In this document: positions 8,252 through 16,708 of the stretch, piece after piece
How positions within the stretch are numbered: the first letter of the stretch is position 1
Layout: each line of letters starts with the position of its first letter
IMG/VR virus record: IMGVR_UViG_3300036833_000243
Span: 1-40,075 of that record
Strand: one strand, 5' to 3'
DNA: 40,075 nt
Source of the DNA: a virus
Lineage: Duplodnaviria > Caudoviricetes
The notes under the pieces: model-generated
Told to the model about the DNA's origin: nothing
The model's input: the letters and a program-made list of their open reading frames with translations, nothing else
Databases searched by the model: none
Program-made: the position numbers and the translations under genes

Positions 8252-8260
8252 TGTGGATAA
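8252..8260 (-). promoter_or_regulatory. Perfect DnaA box
   Basis: TGTGGATAA = TTATCCACA on the minus strand, next to an A8 tract in a 450-bp intergenic region. Confidence 0.5.
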
Positions 8261-8509
8261 CACCCATGGAACTTTTTGCCCTCGCCGCCGGTGCGCGCGG
8301 TCGTGCCGTTGTGACAAATCGATGTAGGATATGTGCAATCGCGGCGGCGGCGGCGATTGGGTGCAATCGCAACCGATGAAAGCGTAGGCGCGACTCGCCA
8401 ATCGGCGATTGAGCTATTGCCGCCGCGCATGTAAGGTTGTTGGAGATCTTGTCCGCCGGCCGACATGGAAGCCTGCTCTGTCGCCGCTGCTGCCTGCAAG
8501 CCGCACCGT

Positions 8510-8525
8510 AACACTTCAAGATGTG
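8510..8525. promoter_or_regulatory. Operator-like site upstream of the leftward early operon
   Basis: AACACTTCAAGATGTG fits ACAY-N6-RTGT. Confidence 0.55.
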
Positions 8526-8676
8526 AGCTAGCAATAGCGCAAGGTATTGCGGAGGCGGAGGGATAAAATAGCTACAGGTTGGGAGGATCGTGCAAAAAAG
8601 GGGCAGAGCATGCTAGCGGACAGCAACGAGGCCGGGCGCTTGATGCAGCCGGAAAACTATGTCGAGGCGGTGCGGC

Positions 8677-9204
8677 TCACGCCGGCGGTGGCGATAAAAA
8701 TTTCGTTGGATCAATGCCTAAGCGACGCACCGCCGCAACGAACGCAACCACCGATTTCTCCAACATCGTCGCGTCCATCACGCCGGCGACCGTAGCGCCG
8801 TTGCGCATGGTCCAGGTGATCAGGATGCCTTTGCCCGAGCCGGCGTCGGGCAGCTCGACATCCTCATAGCTGATCTCGCTGATCAGCAGCGCCTTGGAGC
8901 GGCGCGCGATCTCGACGTCGGGCGCCGGCAGTGTCGTGCTGCGCTGCTCGCCGGCGTAGATGTCGGAGAGATCGGTTAAGTTGAGCCCGAGATAGGACCA
9001 TATGCGCGGGATGAAACGCGAGGTCTCGGTCTGCCCGCGCTCGATCTTCATGACCGAATTCTGCGAAAGCCCGCAGGCCCTGCCGACCTGCAGCTGGGTG
9101 AGCTGGCGCGCCAGGCGTTGCGTTTTGATGCGGCGGCCAATGGCACTCGGGTCGAGCTTGAAAAAATCGAGTCGCAAGGCGGAAGAGGCGGCTGGTGCGT
9201 TCAT
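8677..9204 (-). CDS. cI: XRE-family HTH repressor (CI-like) without an S24 peptidase domain
   Basis: IGRRIKTQRLARQLTQLQVGRACGLSQNSVMKIERG; divergent from cro; start uncertain (9204 or upstream). Confidence 0.8.
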   Translation of the reverse strand: MNAPAASSALRLDFFKLDPSAIGRRIKTQRLARQLTQLQVGRACGLSQNSVMKIERGQTETSRFIPRIWSYLGLNLTDLSDIYAGEQRSTTLPAPDVEIARRSKALLISEISYEDVELPDAGSGKGILITWTMRNGATVAGVMDATMLEKSVVAFVAAVRRLGIDPTKFLSPPPA

Positions 9205-9241
9205 GGTGGTGCATAACCCCTTGAAATCGACCACGCTCGTT

Positions 9242-9257
9242 AACACCCTTTGATGTT
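9242..9257. promoter_or_regulatory. Operator in the cI-cro intergenic region
   Basis: AACACCCTTTGATGTT fits the operator consensus. Confidence 0.75.
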
Positions 9258-9303
9258 GGGCGCAACCGGACTACCTCCGCCCGCGGTGGAAAATTGCCGC
9301 AGC

Positions 9304-9331
9304 TTGACATCGACACGCTAGAGCGTAGGTT
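9304..9331 (+). promoter_or_regulatory. Rightward (PR-like) promoter with an embedded operator at 9312-9327
   Basis: TTGACA-N16-TAGGTT; GACACGCTAGAGCGTA has one mismatch to the consensus and the central CTAG. Confidence 0.6.
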
Positions 9332-9365
9332 CTCGCCGCGGCTTTCTTCAGAACACCCGCGCGTC

Positions 9366-9644
9366 ATGCCGACAAAGCGCCGATCCTCGCCCGAGCACGC
9401 GATCGCGCGCGCCGTCGCTTTTTTCGACGGTAACCAGACCGCGCTGGCGCGCGCGGCTGGCATCGCGCAGCAGAACCTCAACCGAGCGGTGCGACGCGGG
9501 CGGGTGTCGCCTAATCTCGCGCTCGGCATCCACCGCGCCACCAATGGGGTCGTGGGCGCGCACGAGCTGCGCCCCGACCTGTGGTCGAGCGCCTTGCACG
9601 TCCCCCCCTGGAGCGATCGCAACCATGGCCGCCGCCGCCAGTGA
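9366..9644 (+). CDS. cro: Cro/YdaS-like regulator
   Basis: GNQTALARAAGIAQQNLN...IHRATNGVV..HELRPDLW. Confidence 0.85.
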   Translation: MPTKRRSSPEHAIARAVAFFDGNQTALARAAGIAQQNLNRAVRRGRVSPNLALGIHRATNGVVGAHELRPDLWSSALHVPPWSDRNHGRRRQ

Positions 9645-9909
9645 TTTCAGCGCGCGCTGGGATGCGCACTCGCGCGCGCAGCTCGCCGAGCGCGCCGAGC
9701 GCGAGGCGCAGCTGCGCAGCGAGACGGTTGTGCATCGCCGTGCCGCCGTCGAGCGCATCCTCGGCCGCCGGCGTGCGCAGCAGCTTGAGACGCGTGCCAC
9801 GCCGCTGCGCGCGCAGCAGCGATTTGCGCCACGCGCGCCGTGGCGGCGCTACACCAACGAGGAGCTGCTCGCGCTCTATCCACGATCGACGGCAACCGAG
9901 GAGAAGTGA
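9625..9909 (+). CDS. Arg-rich hypothetical protein
   Basis: RBS ggag, ATG 9625, overlaps cro 3' end. Confidence 0.55.
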   Translation: MAAAASDFSARWDAHSRAQLAERAEREAQLRSETVVHRRAAVERILGRRRAQQLETRATPLRAQQRFAPRAPWRRYTNEELLALYPRSTATEEK

Positions 9910-9934
9910 GGGCTCAAAGGTAAGTGAGGGACCA

Positions 9935-10159
9935 ATGAGAGAAGAGGCGCCCCCAGGTATGCGAGCTATACCGTGGCCCGACCCCACTTCTAAAATGCTT
10001 GCTACCCCCGCATTTGAAGCAGTGTGGCAATGTATCAAGGGTTGGGACATCGGGGTGGGCGATGCTTATCGCGGCTATTGCGGGGCAACTGGCAATCATG
10101 TGCGCGCAATTCTGGACGCGATTGCTTCTGCTGAGCAAGCCAAAGGTCAACGCGAATGA
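9935..10159 (+). CDS. Phage hypothetical protein (lower GC)
   Basis: WPDPT..ML..P.FEAVWQ.IK.WDI...Y.GYCGA.GNHV.AILDA; RBS gaggga. Confidence 0.65.
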   Translation: MREEAPPGMRAIPWPDPTSKMLATPAFEAVWQCIKGWDIGVGDAYRGYCGATGNHVRAILDAIASAEQAKGQRE

Positions 10160-10229
10160 AATTCAGTTGCCGAAGGCGCCCACCTCGGCACCATGTTGCC
10201 TCCTTTCTTCTGCAATGCGTGAGTGAAAC

Positions 10230-10382
10230 ATGCCACCCTTGACACCAGAGCAATTAAAACGCTTCGACGAAGCCAGCAATCATCCATTCGAGTGCAACTG
10301 TGAAATTTGCCGCGAGTGGTGGTCGTTGATGCTGCCGCCTGCCGAGCACGAAGAGCCCGATGAAGATACGCCGGCTTTCTGA
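10230..10382 (+). CDS. 50-aa protein with H-x3-C-x-C-x2-C motif (not in ORF track)
   Basis: MPPLTPEQLKRFDEASNHPFECNCEICREWWSLM... Confidence 0.55.
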   Translation: MPPLTPEQLKRFDEASNHPFECNCEICREWWSLMLPPAEHEEPDEDTPAF

Positions 10383-10402
10383 GCGGTGATTGGGGATAGA
10401 GC

Positions 10403-10984
10403 GTGATGCCACGCGCGCGCGCAGCAGCAAGTCGCCACGATCTTGCTCGCGTCCGAGAACCGAGCGCGGGCTATCCGGCGCTGCCGCGCAGCGCAAACAA
10501 TCGACCCGATACGATCACGGCGGTGGCGGTCGATGACGTCTACGATGCGCAGCGGCGTCACCGCGCGCTGGCGCGCATCGATCTGCTCGATCGCGAGCGT
10601 CGCGCCGGTCGCATCGACGAGGCGCAGTATCGCGTTGGGCGCGAGGTCGAAGCGGTGTTCGAGCGCATGGGCAATCTCGGCGGTGGCGGCCAGTGGATGG
10701 ACGGTGACCGCATCGACGCCGGCTCGCGGGTCGAGATCAAGACCGTGATCGGGATCGAGCAGGCGGTCGTGGTCAACAGCTTCTTGGGTTGGCTGGTGCG
10801 CCAGCTCGGCGCCTACGACACGCGACTGCTATGGCTCGTACTCGGACACGGGCAGAGCTTTGCCGACGCGGCGCTCGCCTTCGGTCGGCGCGGACGCCGC
10901 AGCTGGCACTACATGGCCGACCGCTTTCGCGACGCGCTCACGGTGCTCGCCAATGCCAAGGCGGCGAAAGGTAAAGCCCGATAA
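10403..10984 (+). CDS. Putative late-gene activator/antiterminator (DUF6456-like)
   Basis: DLLDRERRAGRIDEAQYRVG N-terminus, C-terminal HTH-like segment; Q-like position at the end of the early right operon. Confidence 0.6.
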   Translation: MMPRARAAASRHDLARVREPSAGYPALPRSANNRPDTITAVAVDDVYDAQRRHRALARIDLLDRERRAGRIDEAQYRVGREVEAVFERMGNLGGGGQWMDGDRIDAGSRVEIKTVIGIEQAVVVNSFLGWLVRQLGAYDTRLLWLVLGHGQSFADAALAFGRRGRRSWHYMADRFRDALTVLANAKAAKGKAR

Positions 10985-11259
10985 TGCTGCTGGAGCCGGA
11001 AATGCGACGTCTCGACAAGTGGTTGCTGCTCGCGCTGTGGGTCGCCGTGCTGCTCTGCGGCCTGCTATTCCTGCAGGAATGCGCGGCGCCGGCGCGCTTC
11101 GCAGCCGCAGCGCGGCCCGCCAGCGCTGAAATCCCCCACCTTGCGATGCCAGATAGCCGCCACTCCTGGCCGGCGCGTGAGCGGCCTTGCCAATGGCAGA
11201 GCGGCGATTTTGGTAGTCTAACACCCGCGATCTATCTGTTGCGTGTCGACGTCGACTGA
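10984..11259 (+). CDS. Small protein with N-terminal TM/signal segment
   Basis: KWLLLALWVAVLLCGLLFL; start overlaps the upstream stop. Confidence 0.5.
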   Translation: MLLEPEMRRLDKWLLLALWVAVLLCGLLFLQECAAPARFAAAARPASAEIPHLAMPDSRHSWPARERPCQWQSGDFGSLTPAIYLLRVDVD

Positions 11260-11433
11260 GGCAATATCGCTAGCGTTCAAGCCTTCCGTTCAGGTGTCGT
11301 TCGTAAAATGTTTCACGCGGATCAGCTGCCCTGATCCGCGTGAGCATTTGTGGCCGCAAGCTTGTACGCTGCGGGGTCGTTTCGATCTCGCGTGCAGGTT
11401 CGCTCCTAGCGCCTGTGCGCGACCGGAATGATA

Positions 11434-11461
11434 GGGCCGCAGGGCGCCAACCCTGCGGCCC
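11434..11461. terminator. 11-bp GC hairpin at the end of the leftward recombinase cassette
   Basis: gggccgcaggg-cgccaa-ccctgcggccc, between convergent genes. Confidence 0.55.
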
Positions 11462-11469
11462 GCGTCGTT

Positions 11470-11688
11470 TCAGAGAATGCCCAGCATCAGCAGGACGAGC
11501 GCTGTAGCCGAGCCGACGATGATCGCGCCGGCAATGGCTTGCGACCACGGGCGCTCAAAGCGCGCTCGCCTACGACGTTCTTCCACTTCGCGGCACGCCT
11601 GCGCTGACGGCCCATCTGGTGAAGGCGACGCTGCTGTGGCCGCGCCAATCGCTGCTCCGATAAGAGCGCCGACGATAGTCCAAGTCAT
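11470..11688 (-). CDS. Small two-TM membrane protein
   Basis: Hydrophobic N- and C-terminal segments; RBS ggaggg. Confidence 0.6.
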   Translation of the reverse strand: MTWTIVGALIGAAIGAATAASPSPDGPSAQACREVEERRRRARFERPWSQAIAGAIIVGSATALVLLMLGIL

Positions 11689-11691
11689 TGG

Positions 11692-12315
11692 TCAGCCCTC
11701 CAAACGTTGCCGCACGCGCGTGACCTGCACGGCGGTCCAGGCCTTGCCGGTGCGGGTCGGCGTGGCGCCAGCGTTGAGCAAGCGCGCGACGGCGCGATGC
11801 GACAGATCGGCGTGGCGTTCGAACAGCGTGCGCAGCTCCTCGGCGTGCGCTTGCGCCTTGGCGACCCAGCTCTCGCGCCGGCCGCCGATCGCAACGCCGC
11901 GCGTCTTGGCGGCGGCGAGCGCGGCGATCGTGCGCTCGCTGATCATGCGCCGCTCTTTTTCAGCGAGCGCGGCGTAGATGTGGAGCATGAACGGGTCGGT
12001 ATCGGCGCCGAGTTCAGCGACGATGAACGGCACGCGATGCTTCATCAGGCCCGAGATGTAGTGCACGTCGCGCGAGAGCCGGTCGAGCTTGGCGACGATG
12101 ATGGGCGCGTTGGCCGCGCGCGCTGCGGTGATCGCGGCGGCGAGTTGCGGGCGATTGTCATCGGCGCCGCTCTCGGTCTCGGTGAAGGTCGCGAGGAAGT
12201 GAAAGCCCTCGGCGGCGGCGAAGCGCGCAAGGGCGGCCTGCTGCGCGTCCAGCCCAAGGCCGCTGCGGCCCTGCTTAGCGGTGGAGACGCGGATGTAGGC
12301 GATGGCGTCACGCAT
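11692..12315 (-). CDS. Small serine recombinase (resolvase/invertase family), 207 aa
   Basis: [21 protein letters not shown]...[24 protein letters not shown]-terminal TRTGKAW. Confidence 0.93.
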   Translation of the reverse strand: MRDAIAYIRVSTAKQGRSGLGLDAQQAALARFAAAEGFHFLATFTETESGADDNRPQLAAAITAARAANAPIIVAKLDRLSRDVHYISGLMKHRVPFIVAELGADTDPFMLHIYAALAEKERRMISERTIAALAAAKTRGVAIGGRRESWVAKAQAHAEELRTLFERHADLSHRAVARLLNAGATPTRTGKAWTAVQVTRVRQRLEG

Positions 12316-12523
12316 GATCGCTGTCCTCAAGTTTGCGGACGCGCTCGTTGAGCCGCGCAAACTGGGTGTGCATCGCGCGCACTTCATCGAGCAGTGCCCG
12401 CAGCGTGTTATCGATGCGCGTGACCATGGCGGTGAGCACCAGCAAGTCGTCGCGGCGCTGGGCGACATCGTTGGTCAGGCGATCGAGCTGGCGGGCGATA
12501 AATTCCAGCGTGATTTCGGCCAT
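12308..12523 (-). CDS. Small coiled-coil protein coupled to the recombinase
   Basis: RBS aggag; heptad pattern; overlaps the recombinase start. Confidence 0.75.
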   Translation of the reverse strand: MAEITLEFIARQLDRLTNDVAQRRDDLLVLTAMVTRIDNTLRALLDEVRAMHTQFARLNERVRKLEDSDHA

Positions 12524-12601
12524 CTGAGGTCTCCTAGCGGCCGCGCGGCCATCGCGCGGTTAATGGGCCGGGGTCCTTGTAACAGATCAACGGGCATTGT
12601 C

Positions 12602-12617
12602 AACACCCTAGGGTGTT
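12602..12617. promoter_or_regulatory. Perfect palindromic operator at a divergent junction, overlapping a leftward TTGACA
   Basis: AACACCCTAGGGTGTT; minus strand TTGACA-N16-TACAAG. Confidence 0.8.
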
Positions 12618-12635
12618 AAGAGATTGGAGCCCTAA

Positions 12636-12788
12636 ATGCCGCTGAAAAAAGGCAAATCGCGCGCCACCATTAGTTCCAACATCCGCACCGAGAAGGCCGC
12701 CGGCCGACCGCAGAAGCAGGCGGTGGCGATCGCGCTCAATACGGCGCGCCGCTCGGGCGCGCGCATTCCCAAACGCAAACGGAGGTAA
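12636..12788 (+). CDS. 50-aa basic phage protein (not in ORF track)
   Basis: MPLKKGKSRATISSNIRTEKAAGRPQKQAVAIALNTARR; RBS ggag. Confidence 0.8.
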   Translation: MPLKKGKSRATISSNIRTEKAAGRPQKQAVAIALNTARRSGARIPKRKRR

Positions 12789-12790
12789 CG

Positions 12791-12997
12791 ATGCCCAGCC
12801 AGCCCTACAGCTCGCTCAGAAACACCAGCGCCAGCCAAGGCGGCGGCCGCAGCAGCATCGAACGGCGCGAGACACACAAGGAGAGCGTCGCCGATCGCAA
12901 CGCCGGCATCCCAAAATATCGCGACGGCCAGACCCGTAGCTATTCCAAGTTTAGCGACGGCCAGACGCACGAGTATCCAAAGTACCGCGATCGATGA
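12791..12997 (+). CDS. Small protein with internal repeats
   Basis: RBS ggagg; PKYRDGQT / SKFSDGQT / PKYRD repeats. Confidence 0.7.
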   Translation: MPSQPYSSLRNTSASQGGGRSSIERRETHKESVADRNAGIPKYRDGQTRSYSKFSDGQTHEYPKYRDR

Positions 12998-13182
12998 CCA
13001 AGATCGCCGCCGAGCGTTTCATGCACGACGAGGAGTTCCGCGAGCGCGTGTTCAAGCTGTTCCACGCCCGCGCGCTGCTCGAAGGCCCGCAATCGCACAA
13101 CGGCTTTGTCGATCTGCTGCTACACTCGATCACCGAAACGTTCGCATTCGACGAGCTCGCGCGCCGCAAGCAGCTGCACTGA
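12994..13182 (+). CDS. Hypothetical protein
   Basis: ATGA overlap with the upstream gene; typical codon usage. Confidence 0.65.
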   Translation: MTKIAAERFMHDEEFRERVFKLFHARALLEGPQSHNGFVDLLLHSITETFAFDELARRKQLH

Positions 13183-13234
13183 AATAGGTCAGCGACGCTG
13201 ACGTTTTGAACTCAAACCTTTCTAAAGGCTGCAA

Positions 13235-13792
13235 ATGGGTTCTGCCCCGCAACTCGAAAAGTATCAGTTCCGGCCCGGTCATGCTGGCGGGCCCGGTCGT
13301 CCGATCGGCTCGCGCGCGAAGCTGCAAGAACTTGCGGTGAAGCTGCTGCACAAGGATTTCGTCGAACACGGCGAAGAGGTCATCAAGCGAGTGCGCGAGA
13401 AAAAGCCGGAAGTTTACCTCGCCAGCGTCGTCTCGCTGCTGCCCAAGCAAGCGCAGAAACTCGAAAGCCCGTTCATCGATCTCAGCGACGACGAACTCGA
13501 ACAGCTGGAAGAACTGCTTGCCGCGATGCGCGCAAAGACGGTGCAAGCACTCGACGGAACTGCAACGCAACGCTCAAACGGTCATCGCTCCCAGCGTAAG
13601 TCCAACGCGACCTCCAGTGGCGATGGCGGAGCCAGAGCCGTCGAGCGCTTCGCGCGTCAGCGCGACTACGCGAGCGGCGATGAGGCACCAGCAGCGCAGG
13701 AGAGCGCAACCACCATCGACGGCGAGGCAGATCAAAGCGCAGATCAAAGTGCAGTCGACGAGCGGCAAGAGCGTGGAGAGGGATCGAGCTGA
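13235..13792 (+). CDS. terS: Terminase small subunit (putative)
   Basis: QFRPGHAGGPGRPIGSR.KL...DF.EHG..VI..VR...P..YL..V.SLLPK...DLSDDEL; disordered C-terminal tail. Confidence 0.7.
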   Translation: MGSAPQLEKYQFRPGHAGGPGRPIGSRAKLQELAVKLLHKDFVEHGEEVIKRVREKKPEVYLASVVSLLPKQAQKLESPFIDLSDDELEQLEELLAAMRAKTVQALDGTATQRSNGHRSQRKSNATSSGDGGARAVERFARQRDYASGDEAPAAQESATTIDGEADQSADQSAVDERQERGEGSS

Positions 13793-13965
13793 ACCCATTC
13801 GCATGGCTTCAGCCTCGTCCAGCCATCGCGCTGCGGGGAAGCGGACATCCGAGCGCTGAGTAGCGCTCAAGTCATTGATCTCGCTCGCCTATTACCTCTG
13901 AGCACCAGGCGCTTGTGACAGATCAAGGTTCGATGAGGTGTCACGACCTCGCGGCCGCGTTCGCT

Positions 13966-13978
13966 TAAGCCTTTGATT
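13966..13978 (-). promoter_or_regulatory. IHF-consensus site; second near-match at 13868-13880
   Basis: Minus strand AATCAAAGGCTTA matches WATCAANNNNTTR; GATCAATGACTTG nearby. Confidence 0.5.
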
Positions 13979-14374
13979 TTGCTCAACTCTTTGCAACACC
14001 CCCCCCGGTACAAGGGGCAAGGGCGCCCGGGGTGGGTCCCACGAGCGTGGGCCCCCACCATCCCATTGGTTTCCTCTGTGAGCAGCGGGGAGAAGACCTT
14101 GGCGGCCTTGAGAGGGCTTGATCTGCGGTGTTTTCTGCGGCGTCGGCTCGGCAGAATTGCTGCAGTGCAACAGAGGACAGGGTGTGGCGTTGGTAGCGTG
14201 TGTGGCGGAGTTTGGGGAGCGGACACAGTAAGTGCCGGGCGCGCGCGAGGGGACGCCGATTTATGCAGTTTGTCAATAGCGGCGGGGATTTTTGGTGCGA
14301 GGAGAGCATGCGAAATGTTTCTTTTTTGAAACATTGGCCTTTCGTTTTTGAAAGGTGTTTTGGAAGCAAAGCAC

Positions 14375-14737
14375 ATGCAAAAAAGGGCGGCATTTCGGGC
14401 AGAAGTGTTGCGTTATATGAAGCGTGGCGAGTTGAATGTGTCGGCGGCAGCATATTTGTTGGGGATAACCCCGCAGGCGGCAGGGCAATGGGCGCGCCGT
14501 CATGGAGTTGATGTCAAACGCGCTGAGCTTTTGCGCGCGTTTCGTCTTGGGTTGCGCATTGAGGGAAAGATCGGCGGGCTGTCGCGGCAGCGGCGACAAA
14601 CATTGGAGCAATTTTTACGCAGTAAAGGCGAGGCCGTAACTGAGACGAAGAGATGGGATAATGACGCGCCTGAATTGGAGCCGCCTGCGCGCGAATGTCG
14701 GGAGCGGCCGCGAAAACACCGGCGGGGCATTAGCTAA
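14375..14737 (+). CDS. HTH DNA-binding protein
   Basis: LNVSAAAYLLGITPQAAGQWARRHG. Confidence 0.6.
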   Translation: MQKRAAFRAEVLRYMKRGELNVSAAAYLLGITPQAAGQWARRHGVDVKRAELLRAFRLGLRIEGKIGGLSRQRRQTLEQFLRSKGEAVTETKRWDNDAPELEPPARECRERPRKHRRGIS

Positions 14738-14867
14738 GCCCAGTCATATTGTGATTGTGTGCTTTGCTTGTGGACATCGCAAACCATTGCCGACAAAGCG
14801 CGTACACGCGCACGCGCGTCCGTGGCGATTGCGCTGCTCGCAGTGTGGCACGTTGCAGGAACTATGA
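14661..14867 (+). CDS. Small zinc-ribbon protein
   Basis: CFACGH...CSQCG; start uncertain. Confidence 0.5.
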   Translation: MTRLNWSRLRANVGSGRENTGGALAKPSHIVIVCFACGHRKPLPTKRVHAHARPWRLRCSQCGTLQEL

Positions 14868-14898
14868 TGCAGGAGCGATCGCGCTCGCGGTCTTAGCA

Positions 14899-15231
14899 CT
14901 ACTCGACCCGCTGTCCGATCGCGGCACGTGCCTTGCGCACGAACGTGGCGTGCCCGGTTTCGGCGTCGTCGTAGGATGAGTAGCGCGCGCCCTCGCCGTC
15001 GAGCGGGCCGCCGAAAATCAGCGTCTCGAACAGCAGTGGCGGGCCTTTGCTGAACACGCGATGGTTGATGCCGAGAAACACCGTGCTGACGGCGACCGCG
15101 CTGGTGATTTGGGTGTAGCGGACGGCGCGATTGTCGGCGTCCTCGAACCACATGCCCCAGGTGAGGAGATCGACCTCGACCGCATGGTTGTCGGCGTCGA
15201 GGATGTAATAGCAATTCATCGCGCGGGTCAT
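14899..15231 (-). CDS. Phage hypothetical protein
   Basis: VSTVFLG.NH...GPPLLFETLIFGG..DG...RYSS...A..GH pattern. Confidence 0.8.
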   Translation of the reverse strand: MTRAMNCYYILDADNHAVEVDLLTWGMWFEDADNRAVRYTQITSAVAVSTVFLGINHRVFSKGPPLLFETLIFGGPLDGEGARYSSYDDAETGHATFVRKARAAIGQRVE

Positions 15232-15497
15232 GCGCGTCCCTTGATCTCGGGTTGGCCTTCGAAGCGCTTGATCTGTTCTTTGAACAGGGTGACGATGTCG
15301 CTGCGGTTGGCGCCGTTGCTGATGTAGTTGCAGTGGCCTTCCCCCTCGCCGTACTCAAAGAGCAGCAGCACGAAGCCGACCTTGCGGTCGCTGCCTTTCT
15401 TGTCGCCGTTGAACATCTGGTCGAGCACACGCGCGACGGTGTTCATCAGCTCGCGATATTCCTCCTCGATCGGCGTGTCGCCCAGTTGCTCGGTCAT
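15228..15497 (-). CDS. Phage hypothetical protein
   Basis: GFVLLLF...NYISN..R.D pattern; RBS ggagg. Confidence 0.8.
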   Translation of the reverse strand: MTEQLGDTPIEEEYRELMNTVARVLDQMFNGDKKGSDRKVGFVLLLFEYGEGEGHCNYISNGANRSDIVTLFKEQIKRFEGQPEIKGRA

Positions 15498-15509
15498 TGC
15501 GACGGCCTC

Positions 15510-16160
15510 CTATGCCGGCACCAGCGCGAGGCCAACCGCGACTTGCTTCGCAAGTTCGGCGACTGCGTCCGCGCCGTCCTTCTCGGCGGCTTCCTGCAGC
15601 AGCGGCAGGCCGCTCTCGATCGAGGCCATAATCTCTGGGCGCGTCGCCGCGCGGCCATGCGCGTACCATTCGAGCAGCGTCGGCTCGCCGAGGCGAATGA
15701 GCCGGCCGCCGTCAGGCGTCGAAAACGTGCCGTAGCCCTTGCTCACCCACACCAGCGTGACGCCGGGGTTGCGCGCGAGCGTAATGCCGGCCGCCAATTG
15801 ACCCGCGGCCGGCAAGTTTGCTTCGTTGCGCCGGCGCCGCGGCTGGGTGAGAAACGGACAAGCCTTGGCGGCGAAGCGTGCGCACTCGAGATGCGACGGC
15901 GGCTCGGAAGAAACGCGATTGATCGCGCACATCGGGCCGATCACGAACGCCATGTGGCGGCCGAGCGGCTCGCCGCAGACCCAGCATAGTTGCTTGCGCA
16001 CGCAGCGCAGCCAGTAGCGAAAATCGATGCAGCGAAAATCCGGCGCGCCGTCGATCCACTCGACGAACTTCGGCACCGGATAGCCGCGCGCGTCGACCGG
16101 CAGCTTGGCGATGCGTGCCGGCATCGCGAGCTTGGCGACGGCGGAGTTGTAGTTTGTCAT
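15510..16160 (-). CDS. Cys/His-rich hypothetical protein (probable Zn-binding)
   Basis: RGYPVP.F..DFR...CWVCG...GPMC...EPPSH.EC....CPFL. Confidence 0.85.
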   Translation of the reverse strand: MTNYNSAVAKLAMPARIAKLPVDARGYPVPKFVEWIDGAPDFRCIDFRYWLRCVRKQLCWVCGEPLGRHMAFVIGPMCAINRVSSEPPSHLECARFAAKACPFLTQPRRRRNEANLPAAGQLAAGITLARNPGVTLVWVSKGYGTFSTPDGGRLIRLGEPTLLEWYAHGRAATRPEIMASIESGLPLLQEAAEKDGADAVAELAKQVAVGLALVPA

Positions 16161-16417
16161 GTGATCCCCGCGCGTTTTCGTGCCCGCTGAACTTCCAGCA
16201 CGCGCTCGTCACCGGCAATGTCTGCGATCTCGTCATCGCTCGGGTTGCGCAGCACGAGGTTGCGGCCAAAGACCATGATATGACCGCACGCCAAGCAGAC
16301 GGTCACGTCGCCCTCGGTTGGTCCGGCGTCCTCGCCGACGCAGGTGCTGGCATCGAGCAGCTGGCCGCATCCGAGGCACATGTTCATGCGAATGCGTCGT
16401 GATTTGCCTATACGCAT
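16157..16417 (-). CDS. Zinc-ribbon protein
   Basis: CLGCG...P.EGD.TVCLACG; overlaps both neighbours. Confidence 0.75.
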   Translation of the reverse strand: MRIGKSRRIRMNMCLGCGQLLDASTCVGEDAGPTEGDVTVCLACGHIMVFGRNLVLRNPSDDEIADIAGDERVLEVQRARKRAGIT

Positions 16418-16689
16418 CACGCGCTCCCGCGCGCCGGCAGATAACGCAGCTGCAGCTCGGCGTCGATGTCGTTGCACTCGTCGTAGAGCCGGTCGATCGA
16501 GCGGGTCGAGGTCTCGGTCATCTCGTCGCCAGCGAGGCTCGCCATCGCCGTGAAAAGATACTGCGCACCGGCGATGAAGGCAAAGCGCAGCTCCTCGACC
16601 GCCGCTGCGGGCGTGTCGAGCGGCAAAGTCATCTCGCGAAAGAGCGTCCAGCCAGCTTCGATGGTGCCGAATTGTTTGGCTCTGCTCAT
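16417..16689 (-). CDS. Phage hypothetical protein
   Basis: IEAGW..F.....P......E.R.AF.AGA pattern. Confidence 0.75.
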   Translation of the reverse strand: MSRAKQFGTIEAGWTLFREMTLPLDTPAAAVEELRFAFIAGAQYLFTAMASLAGDEMTETSTRSIDRLYDECNDIDAELQLRYLPARGSA

Positions 16690-16708
16690 AGCCGCACTGC
16701 CAGTCGTC

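Noticed and set aside
3538-12619. 21-bp direct repeat (3538-3558 and 12599-12619) as att sites of a nested excisable element
   Set aside because: Seven more degenerate copies sit at promoters and junctions, including the cI-cro gap, which fits an operator better. Excision would also delete the immunity region.
14460-14468. Near-DnaA boxes at about 14460, 1573 and 2650
   Set aside because: They are mismatched and isolated, two lie within coding sequence, and they are compatible with chance.
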